Assembly (NCBI GenBank): GCA_965205655.1
Contig: CBDBIJ010000037.1
Span: 1 to 50,561, forward strand
Source of the DNA: Candidatus Latescibacterota bacterium
Lineage (GTDB): Bacteria; Latescibacterota; UBA2968; UBA8231
Direction: 5' to 3'
DNA length: 50,561 nt
Made by a program: the position numbers and the translations under genes. Position 1 is the first letter of the stretch. Each line of letters opens with the position of its first letter. The notes below the pieces were generated by a model, which was not told the origin of the DNA, made no database searches, and worked only from the letters and a program-made list of their open reading frames with translations. This document shows, piece by piece, positions 9,701-18,846 of this stretch.

Positions 9701-9973
9701 CTACGGTAGGACTGTTGGTAGGACTTTTCGCCACCACCTGCCAGAGTCTACGCCCAGGGATTTCTTTTTCTTGGCCGGGGCTTTCTTCTTAGGTGCGGCT
9801 TTCTTCTCGGGTGCACCTTTCTTCTTAGGTGCAGCTTTCTTCCTGGCCGGTGCTTTCTTCTTAGGTGCAGCTTTCTTCTTGGCCGGTGCTTTCTTCTTAG
9901 GTGCAGCTTTCTTCTTGGCCGGTGCTTTCTTCTTAGGTGCAGCTTTCTTCTTAGGTGTGGCTTTCTTGGCCAT
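9701..9973 (-). CDS. Histone H1-like Lys/Ala/Pro-rich basic protein (~90 aa)
   Basis: ATG at 9973 with purine-rich RBS; MAKKATPKKKAAPKKKAPAKKKAAPKKKAPAKKK... composition. Confidence 0.75.
   Translation of the reverse strand: MAKKATPKKKAAPKKKAPAKKKAAPKKKAPAKKKAAPKKKAPARKKAAPKKKGAPEKKAAPKKKAPAKKKKSLGVDSGRWWRKVLPTVLP
9765..9970. repeat. Coding tandem repeat, 36-bp unit (PKKKAPAKKKAA), about 5 copies
   Basis: Repeated TTCTTCTTGGCCGGTGCTTTCTTCTTAGGTGCAGCT with minor variants. Confidence 0.9.
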
Positions 9974-10044
9974 ATTCGCCCCCTTTGTTGGTGAAAAACT
10001 ACCCTCGCGATATACAAAAAACACAGACGATCCGTATTCCAAGT

Positions 10045-10305
10045 TTACCCGGTCGCGACCGCGGAGCAGAAGCCCGATCGCCAGATCCGCGAGCTCCGTG
10101 CCTATGCCCGGAAGCGAAAGTCCGGGTTCAGGGGAATACGTGGACACGGCGTCGGGGGCCGCCAGGCAGCGTCCAGAGCTCGATCGGCTCATGGGAGTTA
10201 TCAAGTGAGAAGGGCAAGGTCGATGTCGTTCTCGTGTGGGCCTTTGACCGCTTCGCACAGTCTACTTTTCGCCTGGTCTCCACCCTCGAGGAGTTCCAGG
10301 CGGTC
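10045..10305 (+). pseudogene. Serine recombinase (resolvase/invertase) catalytic-domain relic
   Basis: Across frameshifts it reads VATAEQKPDRQIRELRAYARKR / GEYVDTASGAARQRPELDRLM / KGKVDVVLVWAFDRFAQSTFRLVSTLEEF. Confidence 0.75.
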
Positions 10306-10653
10306 GTTCGAGTACGTGCCAGGCCCTCCATCCCCGTGATTTCAAGGTGGCGCGCTCAGAGATCGCGTATGGCTTTGTACGTGACGTCAAAATTCGGTAG
10401 GTCATGCGGCCGCGGCCTTATGCCGCACCTGCTCTATGTCTTCCTGCAGCTCTTCCTGACGCTCGGTGAGCTTGGTGGCAATGAGTCGGTTGGCGAGATC
10501 ACGAAACTCCTCCGTTAACATACTTTTCATCCCCGGTTCGGGAGGCACCACGCGGACAGGGCCCTTGAGTCGGAGCATCCCGTGCCCGTGGCGGTGAGGC
10601 GCTCGGACGGTTACAGTATACACATAGAGCCTCATTCCAAGAAGCGGACAGCC

Positions 10654-10942
10654 ATGCCAGCCGTCGTGCTGTACGTCGCGAGCCTGTTCGCGATCATCGT
10701 CTTCCTGGTCTCGTTCACCTGCTCCGTCCCCATCGGTTTGTGGATCGCGGCCTAATTCGCCGGCGTCAAGGTCGGGATCTTCAAAGACTTGGTGGGGATG
10801 CGGCTGCGGAGGGTGCCGCCCCCCCATGCGATCGTGCGGCGCAAGATCAGCGCCACGAAGGCCGGTCTCGATGTGGTGCTCGACCGCATGAAGCGCATTC
10901 CTGGCCGGCGGCAACGTCGAAGCCGTCATCCTGGCGCTCATC
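10654..10942 (+). pseudogene. Degenerate partial paralog of floA (5' ~95 codons)
   Basis: [31 protein letters not shown]...KISATKAGLDVVLDRM.../LAGGNVEAVILALI aligns with the N-terminus of the intact gene at 12130. It has a TAA stop and indels. Confidence 0.85.
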
Positions 10943-11042
10943 ATGAAGAGCTACGGGTCCGTCACCCAGAAGCGGTAGGCGCCCTCCCGACGAAGCAGCG
11001 GTTTGTCGGGGGCGTTTGTCCGGAGAAAATATAGCGACCTCT

Positions 11043-11909
11043 ATGGCTGAGTTTGTGAAGGATCCAGAAAGGGCCGTCATCGCCTATTGTGAGGAGCGGG
11101 CGGTGGTCACCTCCACACCGCTGTCCCGAGAGCGAGAAGCCGAGCTGTCCACCCGGATCCAGCAGGGCGATCTGGAGGCTCGCGACGAGCTCGTGGAGGC
11201 GAATTTGCGCTTCGTCATCGACGTGGCCAAGCACTACCAGCACCGCGACCTGTCGTTCGCCGAGCTGATCAGCGCCGGCAACCTGGGGTTGATGACGGGG
11301 GCCGAGCGCTTCGACGGCACCCGCGGCTTCAAATTCATCTCCTACGCCGTGTGGTGGATCCGCCAGTCAATTCTGCTGGCGCTCGCCGAGCAGGTCCGCA
11401 CCGTGCGCCTGCCCATCAACCGACTGACCATGCTCAAGAAAATCTCCACGGTCTCGAACCGGTTGGAACAGGAGCGCGCGGAGGCCCCCGACGCGGAAAC
11501 GATCGCCGCGGCCCTGGATGTGCCGGTCAAGGAGGTGGTAGAGACTCTGACCAGCGCCGGGGCGGTGCGCTCGCTCGACGAGGCCATGGGGGAAGACGAC
11601 GAGCGTTGCCTGGTGAATGTTCTGGCCGATCCCAGCCAGGAATCGCCGGATGTCAACCTGGCGCGCGAGTCAATCGAGGAACAGGTGGAGGTCGTGCTCG
11701 AAAGCCTCGACGCGCGCGAGCAGCGCATCCTTCACCTTTACTACGGTCTCGCCGGCACAGAGGCCTTCACCCTCGAGCAGATCAGCGGGCTGTTCGGAGT
11801 GACCCGCGAGCGGATACGTCAGATCAAACAGCGGGCACTCATCAAACTCCGGGATCCCTCGCGCGTGCGCACCGTGCAGGCGCAGGAGCGGACGAGGTCG
11901 CACCCTTGA
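11043..11909 (+). CDS. Sigma-70 family RNA polymerase sigma factor (RpoD/RpoS-like, no region 1.1)
   Basis: LVEANLRFVIDVAKHY, GNLGL, FKFISYAVWWIRQSI, RTVRLP, and region 4 TLEQI...GVTRERIRQI. Confidence 0.92.
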   Translation: MAEFVKDPERAVIAYCEERAVVTSTPLSREREAELSTRIQQGDLEARDELVEANLRFVIDVAKHYQHRDLSFAELISAGNLGLMTGAERFDGTRGFKFISYAVWWIRQSILLALAEQVRTVRLPINRLTMLKKISTVSNRLEQERAEAPDAETIAAALDVPVKEVVETLTSAGAVRSLDEAMGEDDERCLVNVLADPSQESPDVNLARESIEEQVEVVLESLDAREQRILHLYYGLAGTEAFTLEQISGLFGVTRERIRQIKQRALIKLRDPSRVRTVQAQERTRSHP

Positions 11910-12129
11910 GAACGAACGGGAGGTATTTCCTCCTGGCGGTGACGGCGCTGGTCAATTTCGATTAGAGTGCCCTTTGCCGGTCTCCCCTGTGCGGACGCGA
12001 ATGGCCTGCTCGAGAGGATAGGCGAAGACCTCACTGACCAACCATCCCCGAGGTTGATGGGGATGAGTAAAAGCGTACAGTAGTTGTCGTATCGAGTTAT
12101 TGATCCGGCAAACCTCGGGAGAGCGGGAA

Positions 12130-13119
12130 ATGACAGGTGCCTTGTTTCCGGTCGCAATTCTGCTTGCGATCGTCGTCTTCTTCATTCTCTTCACCTACTT
12201 CGTCCCCATCGGTCTGTGGATCAGCGCCTACTTCGCGGGGGTCAAGGTGGCTATTTTTCGAGACCTCGTAGGGATGCGGCTGCGCAAGGTCCCGCCGGGG
12301 TCCATCGTCAGGCCCAAGATCAGCGCGGAGAAGGCAGGCTTGGACGTGATGCTGGATCGCATGGAGGCGCACTATCTGGCCGGCGGGAATGTGGATACGG
12401 TGATCCTGGCGCTCATTTCGGCGGACAAGGCCAACATCCCCCTGACCTTCGAACGGGCGACGGCCATCGACCTGGCCGGTCGCGACGTCCTCGAAGCGGT
12501 CAGGATGAGCGTCAATCCGAAGGTCATCAACACGCCGCTCATCGCGGCCATTGCGAAAGACGGCATTCAGTTGAAGGCCACCTGCCTCGTGACCGTACGG
12601 GCCAACATCGACCGGCTCGTGGGTGGCGCTGGCGAGGAGACGATCATCGCCCGGGTGGGTGAGGGCATCGTCTCGACGATCGGCTCGTCGGATACCCACA
12701 AGCAGGTGCTGGAGAATCCGGACGCCATCTCAAAAACCGTGCTCGGCAAAGGTCTCGATTCGGGCACGGCATTCGAGATCTTGTCGATAGACATTGCGGA
12801 CGTGGACGTGGGCGAGAATATCGGTGCCAAGTTGCAGACGGATCAGGCCGAGGCGGATCTGAAGATCGCCCGAGCCAAGGCCGAAGAGCGCCGCGCCATG
12901 GCCCAGGCCCGCGAGCAGGAGATGCAGGCCCTCGTCGAGGAGATGAGCGCCCACGTCAGGGAGGCGGAAGCCGAGGTGCCTCGCGCCATGGCAGAGGCAT
13001 TTCGCGCCGGGCACCTCGGAATCATGGACTACTACCGCTTGCGGAATATCCAGTCGGATACGGAGATGAGAACCTCGATCTCTGAGAACGGTCAAGATGA
13101 ACCCGAGCAACCGAGCTGA
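12130..13119 (+). CDS. floA: Flotillin-like protein FloA (YqfA family)
   Basis: [77 protein letters not shown]. Confidence 0.93.
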   Translation: MTGALFPVAILLAIVVFFILFTYFVPIGLWISAYFAGVKVAIFRDLVGMRLRKVPPGSIVRPKISAEKAGLDVMLDRMEAHYLAGGNVDTVILALISADKANIPLTFERATAIDLAGRDVLEAVRMSVNPKVINTPLIAAIAKDGIQLKATCLVTVRANIDRLVGGAGEETIIARVGEGIVSTIGSSDTHKQVLENPDAISKTVLGKGLDSGTAFEILSIDIADVDVGENIGAKLQTDQAEADLKIARAKAEERRAMAQAREQEMQALVEEMSAHVREAEAEVPRAMAEAFRAGHLGIMDYYRLRNIQSDTEMRTSISENGQDEPEQPS

Positions 13120-13136
13120 TGAGCCGAGGCTGAGCC

Positions 13137-13745
13137 ATGGGTGGTGAGCAACTCCTCTTCCTGCTCTTCGTCCTCTTCAGCGTCATTTCGGCGCTGCTGG
13201 GGAGGAGAAAGCGCAAGAAGGCGCCGGAAGCTGCGCAGGGTGGGGTGCCCGTCGAAGCTCGAGAAGAGCGCGTAGAAGAGGATATGGAGGAGGAGGTCGG
13301 TGGCTGGCCCTTTCCGATGGGAGGCGATTCCTTCGAGCCCCGACCGAAGCGACAACCGCCACGGCAGACACCGGCGCCGGACGAAACCGCTGACGGAGAC
13401 GCGGAGGTCGTACCGGTACCGGCGTCGCGAGAGCCCGAGCCGACGTGGATCGAGCGGCTGAAACGAGCGGCGCAGGAGGTAGACGGCCAGGCGCACGAGG
13501 TGGTGGAGCGCGCCCAGGAAGCCGCTACCGAGGCCCAGAGAATACAGCCGAAACAGAGAGTGGAGGAGCTGATTCAGAAGCGGCTCGCCGCCGCCAAGGC
13601 CCAGGAAGAGCGAGTGGTCGAGGAAGCGAAGAGACGGAGGCGACGAAGGCGGTGGACGCTCACGCCAGACACGGCGAAAGAGGCCATCGTCTACGCCGAG
13701 ATTCTCGGACCACCCAAGTCCGAACGCAGAGAAGAATTCCCCTGA
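13137..13745 (+). CDS. YqfB-like membrane-anchored protein downstream of floA
   Basis: N-terminal TM helix, charged linker, and C-terminal 'AIVYAEILGPPK' motif typical of genes following floA. Confidence 0.7.
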   Translation: MGGEQLLFLLFVLFSVISALLGRRKRKKAPEAAQGGVPVEAREERVEEDMEEEVGGWPFPMGGDSFEPRPKRQPPRQTPAPDETADGDAEVVPVPASREPEPTWIERLKRAAQEVDGQAHEVVERAQEAATEAQRIQPKQRVEELIQKRLAAAKAQEERVVEEAKRRRRRRRWTLTPDTAKEAIVYAEILGPPKSERREEFP

Positions 13746-14137
13746 GAGTTTGCTGAAGTCGCGGAATTGGGTACAAGCCCAATCGGGGTAACGCTGCTCG
13801 ACTGATGGCTGATGACAGGATTCAGGCGAGACTCCGGGCACTGCAACAGTCTGTGCAGCTTCGAGTTGTGCGAAATCTGGTCTACAATGAACTCTCGGTA
13901 GTACCGGGCGTTAAGTACTATCACCCGGTAGATGTAAGCCAGCCCCCTCTCACGTCGTCACCGGCACCACCTCATCCTTTTACGACGATACATCCGCCAG
14001 CGAAAAGATTGTCCGGCGCCAGTTCCTGTAACCACTACGAAGCCGTTCGACTTGCTCCCGCAGCGCCACTTTGTCCGCGCTCATGTCGTGGACTCTCGCA
14101 TAGAGACATCTGGATGGTGTGTATCCCAAGGGGCTAC

Positions 14138-14335
14138 TTATAGAACTTTCACGTTCTCAGCGCGCGGTCCCTTGGGCCCCTGGCCCTCGTTGTACTCCAC
14201 TCTTTGACCCTCCGTGAGGGAGTCGAAATTGCCGTTCTCCACATCGGAGCTATGGAAGAAGAGCTCTCCGCTCTCCCCTTCAATGAATCCAAAGCCCCTG
14301 TTCGAAATCAGTTTCTTGATCGTCCCTTCAGCCAT
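14138..14335 (-). CDS. Cold-shock domain protein
   Basis: MAEGTIKKL...RGFGFI...LFFHSS...GPKGPRAENV (RNP1/RNP2 motifs). Confidence 0.95.
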   Translation of the reverse strand: MAEGTIKKLISNRGFGFIEGESGELFFHSSDVENGNFDSLTEGQRVEYNEGQGPKGPRAENVKVL

Positions 14336-14617
14336 TCGAGGCTCTCCTTGAGAAAAAATGAGATTGCTGCGTTTTGCTCCGCTTAGCGGCACCACTCTCG
14401 TGACGTGTCTCGAAGCTCCACGTCGGACGCGGCCCCAAAAAATGCGCGTTCTGCACTGTAAGTGCTCCATGAAGTCGAGGTCGGGCTCGACCTCCTCGAT
14501 GACACGACGCGCGCGCTGCCGCCCCGTCGTGCAGCTGGCCGGCTGGAGGCAGGGAGGCCGGCGCCGACAAGGTTTGGATGTTGAGCAGCGTCCGGATCGC
14601 AGTGTTGGAGCAGGACC

Positions 14618-14690
14618 GCCTGGTAGGCCGGAGGAATCTCACCTCCAGCCCCCCACAGATCAAGCGTGAGCCTCTCGACTCATACGGCTC
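14618..14690 (-). ncRNA. Group II intron 3' remnant (domains V and VI only)
   Basis: Minus strand reads GAGCCGTATGAGTC-GAGA-GGCTCACG (AGC triad, GNRA loop), then GGGGCTGGAGG-TGAGATT-CCTCCGGCCT-A-CC (DVI-like hairpin with bulged A). Confidence 0.75.
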
Positions 14691-14707
14691 CTGCCAGCCC
14701 TTTTCAT

Positions 14708-14796
14708 TGGTGCCGGGAGCCGGATTCGAACCGGCACGACCGTTAACGGCCAACGGATTTTAAGTCCGTCGCGTATACCAGTTTCGCCATCCCGGC
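14708..14796 (-). tRNA. tRNA-Leu(TAA)
   Basis: GCCGGGA acceptor stem, anticodon loop CTTAAAA, long variable arm, GGTTCGAATCC T-arm, encoded CCA. Confidence 0.97.
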
Positions 14797-14822
14797 ACAT
14801 ATATGGGGCAGGTACAAAGAAT

Positions 14823-14897
14823 TGGAGGCGACGCCCGGAATCGAACCGGGGAATAAGGGCTTTGCAGGCCCCTGCCTTACCACTTGGCTACGTCGCC
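14823..14897 (-). tRNA. tRNA-Cys(GCA)
   Basis: GGCGACG acceptor stem, anticodon loop CTGCAAA, GGTTCGATTCC, encoded CCA. Confidence 0.97.
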
Positions 14898-14925
14898 TCC
14901 CAGGGGTCGGACCCCAGAAATGCAG

Positions 14926-14954
14926 AAAATAGCCGCTCGCCCAAAGGGTGTCAA
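14926..14954 (-). promoter_or_regulatory. Putative sigma-70 promoter for the tRNA-Cys/Leu operon
   Basis: TTGACA-17 bp-TATTTT on the minus strand ~30 nt upstream of tRNA-Cys. Confidence 0.65.
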
Positions 14955-15106
14955 CGCGTTGAGAATACACGGAGTTGCGCAGGGTTGTGCCAGATTTTCC
15001 GTCGGTCTTTCCAATTCGCTATATTAGCTGGTCGATCGCTCCCCTCGCTCGAGCGCACGCGGTCACGCCGCCGCCATTCACCTGCTCCTGATCGGTCGAA
15101 GAATCC

Positions 15107-15901
15107 ATGAAGCAGTACCTCGATCTCGTCCGGCACGTCCTCGACGAGGGTGTCTCCAAGCTCGACCGCACCGGCACCGGCACACGTGCCGTCTTCGGCT
15201 ACCAGATGCGTTTCGACCTCGCAGATGGCTTCCCGTGTCTGACGACGAAGAAGCTCCACCTCAAGTCCATCATCCACGAGCTTCTGTGGTTCCTCAGCGG
15301 CGACACGAACATCGGTTACTTGCGGGACAACAAAGTTCGCATCTGGGACGAATGGGCGGACGAAGCCGGGGACCTCGGCCCGGTGTACGGCAAACAGTGG
15401 CGTTCGTGGTCCACTCCCGACGGCGGCGCCGTCGACCAGATACAGCGCCTCGTCGATACGGTTCGATCGGACCCCGACAGCCGGCGGCTTCTCGTCTGCG
15501 CCTGGAACGTCGGCGAGCTCGAGCTCATGGCGCTCCCCCCCTGTCACTGCCTGTTCCAGTTCTTCGTCGGCGATAATAAACTGAGTTGCCAGCTCTATCA
15601 AAGAAGCTGCGATGTCGGTCTCGGCGTCCCTTTCAACATCGCCAGCTACAGCCTCCTCACCATGATGCTGGCGCAGGTGTGCGAGCTGGAGCTGGGCGAA
15701 TTCGTCTGGACCGGCGGCGATGTCCACGTCTACACCAACCACATCGATCCCCTGCGGGAACAGTTGCAGCGCGAACCGCGCGGGCTACCGCGGATGATTG
15801 TCGCCAACCGGGGCCAGGGCATTTTCGATTTCCGTTTCGAAGACTTCAAGCTCGTGAACTACCGGCCTCACCCGACCATTCCCATGGAAATAGCCGTATG
15901 A
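15107..15901 (+). CDS. thyA: Thymidylate synthase
   Basis: [43 protein letters not shown]. Confidence 0.98.
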   Translation: MKQYLDLVRHVLDEGVSKLDRTGTGTRAVFGYQMRFDLADGFPCLTTKKLHLKSIIHELLWFLSGDTNIGYLRDNKVRIWDEWADEAGDLGPVYGKQWRSWSTPDGGAVDQIQRLVDTVRSDPDSRRLLVCAWNVGELELMALPPCHCLFQFFVGDNKLSCQLYQRSCDVGLGVPFNIASYSLLTMMLAQVCELELGEFVWTGGDVHVYTNHIDPLREQLQREPRGLPRMIVANRGQGIFDFRFEDFKLVNYRPHPTIPMEIAV

Positions 15902-15932
15902 TCCGGCGGTGGCCGCATAGGGACTGATTTCG

Positions 15933-16799
15933 ATGCCGCACAGCGGGCAGTCTCCGATTGTCGCCATACAGGGCGAGCTCGGCAGCAACAGCCACGTGGC
16001 GGCGCGTCTCTACTTCGCCCCCGACGCGCCGACGATCGAACCGTGTCGCTCATTCGCGGATCTGTTCGCCAGCCTGCGCCAGGGTGGCGCGAGCTTCGCC
16101 ATGGCCCCGGTAGACAACTCGTTGGCCGGCACCATTGTGGAAGTCTGGGACCTCCTTTGCGCCGATTCCGACGATCCGCCACTCGTACGCGGTGAAATTC
16201 TCCTCCGCATCAGGCACTGCCTCATCGGTCACCCCGGCAGCCAGCTCTCTGAGATCGAGCGCGTCTACTCACACCCGCAGGCGCTCGCCCAGTGCCGCCG
16301 ATTCCTTGCCTCTCTCGACGGCAGCGTCGCCGAGGAAGAGTACGACACCGCAGGTGCAGTCGGGATCATTGCCGAGAGAAACACGAGAGGAGAGGCGGCG
16401 ATCGCACCGGCTGAGGCGGCGCGCAGCCACGGCATGGAGATTCTGGCCACAGACATACAGGACCGGCACGACAATTTCACCCGATTCCTCGTCGTCGGGT
16501 GCACATCCCCCGCTTCAGAGCAGCCGCATCTCAAGACCTCACTTGTGGTGACAGTGCAGGGCGCAACGCAAGCCCTGCCGGAGATCCTCGAACTCTTCGA
16601 CCAGCGGGATATCGAGGTGCTGCGAGCTGACTCCAGCTCGCGCGAGAAGGCGGATGTATGCTACGTGGATATCAGCGGTGGAACTGCGGAGGCGGCGGTG
16701 TCAGAAGCGCTGTCGGAGCTCCGTCAAAAAGCGCTGGATCTGTGTGTCGTGGGTCCATACCCCAAAGGCGACAGAGTGGAGCCTGTGCCACCGGAGTAG
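15933..16799 (+). CDS. pheA: Prephenate dehydratase
   Basis: QGELGSNS, PVDNS, SHPQALAQC, NFTRF; C-terminal ACT-like domain. Confidence 0.9.
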   Translation: MPHSGQSPIVAIQGELGSNSHVAARLYFAPDAPTIEPCRSFADLFASLRQGGASFAMAPVDNSLAGTIVEVWDLLCADSDDPPLVRGEILLRIRHCLIGHPGSQLSEIERVYSHPQALAQCRRFLASLDGSVAEEEYDTAGAVGIIAERNTRGEAAIAPAEAARSHGMEILATDIQDRHDNFTRFLVVGCTSPASEQPHLKTSLVVTVQGATQALPEILELFDQRDIEVLRADSSSREKADVCYVDISGGTAEAAVSEALSELRQKALDLCVVGPYPKGDRVEPVPPE

Positions 16800-16832
16800 T
16801 CGATTCCTCAACTTGGCGGTCCCGATCGCAAG

Positions 16833-17204
16833 TCAGTCCGCAACCAGACGGCGAATTTCAGAGCTGGTCTCGTCGATTCGCCACACTCCGATTTCTCCGT
16901 CTTCATCGAGATCAGCCCTTACCACGGCGACGAAGCTGTTCTCTTCCGAGCGTAGATCGCAGTCGTACTCGTCAATCCATTGGAAGTAAGCCTTGAAACG
17001 AGGCGTCGTCGGATTGAAATACCTGCCGCTCTTCTCATAGTGACTCTGCTCGAACTCGTACAGCTGCTCCAACCGGGCCTCGAGCTGAATCTCCCTGACC
17101 TGCTCCTCGGTAACCCGAGAAAACTTGACGATCCCCAACAGCAGAAGAATGAGCACGATCGCGGCGATCTCCACGTAGCCGAACAGTTCCTGTGATCTGT
17201 TCAT
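16833..17204 (-). CDS. Small membrane-anchored, pilin-like hypothetical protein
   Basis: N-terminal hydrophobic helix after 'FGYVE', followed by 'QSHYEKSGRY' and 'DLDEDGEIGVWRIDE'; follows the upstream lipoprotein gene by 2 bp. Confidence 0.6.
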   Translation of the reverse strand: MNRSQELFGYVEIAAIVLILLLLGIVKFSRVTEEQVREIQLEARLEQLYEFEQSHYEKSGRYFNPTTPRFKAYFQWIDEYDCDLRSEENSFVAVVRADLDEDGEIGVWRIDETSSEIRRLVAD

Positions 17205-17206
17205 AA

Positions 17207-18841
17207 CTATCTCAGTTCGAGATCCACTGACTCAGCGCTTCCTCCGCGGGACAGAGAAACGACCTCTCCATGGGCAGAGTACGGTTCCGCCGCCACGAAC
17301 GGATCCAACATGCCATCGTCGAAGAACTCGTTTTCATTGTCGTCCTCGTAGGCGGAGACGCGGTAACTTCCCGGCAGGAGACCCTCGATGGCGTATGACC
17401 CGGTCGAATCCGCCAGCGTGTGCGCGGCCCTTCGATCCGCTGCTGTGGCCGTCACCCTGATAGGTTTCCGCCCCCCATCGACAACCCGTGGCCGCGTCGC
17501 GTCGTCAGCGAAGGCGCCGCCGCTGATGCCACTCAACTCGAGTGCGTCAACGACCTCAAACTGAAACGTGACGGTGCTGTCCGCGCACGCGTTCCCGGCG
17601 ACGTCCGCGAGGTCGTCCAGACGGCCCTCGAGCCGGCGCGCCACCGCCGCCATCGGCGAGGACGGCACGAACACGAGCTCGTTTGCGGAGTGCCATGTCC
17701 ATTCGCCGTCGAGCACCAGCGTCGAATCAGAGGCGATCCAGAAATCGCCGCGAATGGTCAGCGGCTTCATCGCCTCGCTGAACACAATTCTGAGGGAGTC
17801 GTCAGCGACGGCGAAACCGGAGGGTGCGCGACGCTGCAGTGTGGGAGGCTTGCGATCCGCGCGCCCGCTGCCCCTGATCGCATCGACTCGATCGGCGGAA
17901 TCGCTCCACTGCACGCGCTCTCCCTTTATGGTCAGGTCGGACAGCGAATACGTCTTCCCGCTTTCTTGCGTCGACGTCATGATGTAAACGCGTTTTCCGT
18001 CGGCGTTTCCGTACATACCCCGGAGGAGAAGTCCTTTCAGAGAAACGGCGACATCCCGCACCTCGACTGCTGAATCGAAGACGAGCAGAACGCTGCTCGC
18101 GTTGAGAGACTGCGCTCTCGTCAGCCGCGGCGCCGCGGCCCTGCGGTCGGTTAGGGCGAGGTCGGCGGCCCGCGCCTTTTCCTCTTCTGCCAGCTCGACA
18201 TCCCGGGACGGAACAGCCAGCGCCTCTCCGGCATCGTACTCCCCGTTCTTGTCGGCGTCGTCGAAGGCGAAGATTCGGAATCGCCCCGTGGCAAGCCGTT
18301 GAAACTCGTAGGTTCCGTCAACCCCGGTCTGGGTGCGATACGCCGGGGGATCTTTTCCGACCGTGCCGCTGAAGCGCGTCATATCATAGGCCCACACGTG
18401 GACGGCTGCGGCCGGCTCTGCCCGGCGGAACACGCGGCCGGAGATATGGCCCGAGTCGAGCTGCTCGCCGGTGGCGAAAGCGACGGTGAACGACTGATCG
18501 AGTCGGTTGCCCCGCAGATCCCTGGCGTCGCTTCCAACAGTTACGACGTAGGTCTGCCCCGGTTGTAGCCCGTCGCCCGGTCGGATCTCGAGCTTCGACC
18601 CGCGCCACCTGAAACTCGCCGTCGTGTGGGGTGTGATGAAGAGCGCGTCCTCGGTGTGCCGCCGATCCATCCCCTCGCTGAACTCGATGGCCACGACCTG
18701 GTCTGGCCCGACAGAAGTCGCGTCGGCATGCGGCCAGGTATCGACGACGGTTGGCGAAACGCGGTCGACCTCACCGCCTGAGGGTGGTCCGAGTTTGGCA
18801 CAGCCCGCGACGCCGAGCACAAGTAGCGGCAGCGCTTTCAT
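17207..18841 (-). CDS. Lipoprotein with bacterial Ig-like (Big_5) and carboxypeptidase-regulatory-like domains
   Basis: Lipobox VAGC followed by 'AKLGPPSGG..D..P', 'IEFSEGMD', 'DLRGNRL' and repeated 'G.Y...AF.D...NG.YD' motifs. Confidence 0.8.
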   Translation of the reverse strand: MKALPLLVLGVAGCAKLGPPSGGEVDRVSPTVVDTWPHADATSVGPDQVVAIEFSEGMDRRHTEDALFITPHTTASFRWRGSKLEIRPGDGLQPGQTYVVTVGSDARDLRGNRLDQSFTVAFATGEQLDSGHISGRVFRRAEPAAAVHVWAYDMTRFSGTVGKDPPAYRTQTGVDGTYEFQRLATGRFRIFAFDDADKNGEYDAGEALAVPSRDVELAEEEKARAADLALTDRRAAAPRLTRAQSLNASSVLLVFDSAVEVRDVAVSLKGLLLRGMYGNADGKRVYIMTSTQESGKTYSLSDLTIKGERVQWSDSADRVDAIRGSGRADRKPPTLQRRAPSGFAVADDSLRIVFSEAMKPLTIRGDFWIASDSTLVLDGEWTWHSANELVFVPSSPMAAVARRLEGRLDDLADVAGNACADSTVTFQFEVVDALELSGISGGAFADDATRPRVVDGGRKPIRVTATAADRRAAHTLADSTGSYAIEGLLPGSYRVSAYEDDNENEFFDDGMLDPFVAAEPYSAHGEVVSLSRGGSAESVDLELR

Positions 18842-18846
18842 GCAAC

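Noticed and set aside
9765..9970. Tandem 36-bp repeats as a possible CRISPR array
   Set aside because: Units are contiguous with no unique spacers, keep codon phase and encode a K/A/P protein; no cas genes nearby
9459..10208. 249-aa plus-strand ORF with FFLAGAFFLGAA repeats
   Set aside because: Antisense shadow of the Lys-rich gene, fused by chance to part of the recombinase relic
13746..14137. Intergenic ORFs (13691-13924 minus, 13805-14143 plus) and a possible element end after yqfB
   Set aside because: No recognisable motif, RBS or matching inverted repeat; cannot be supported
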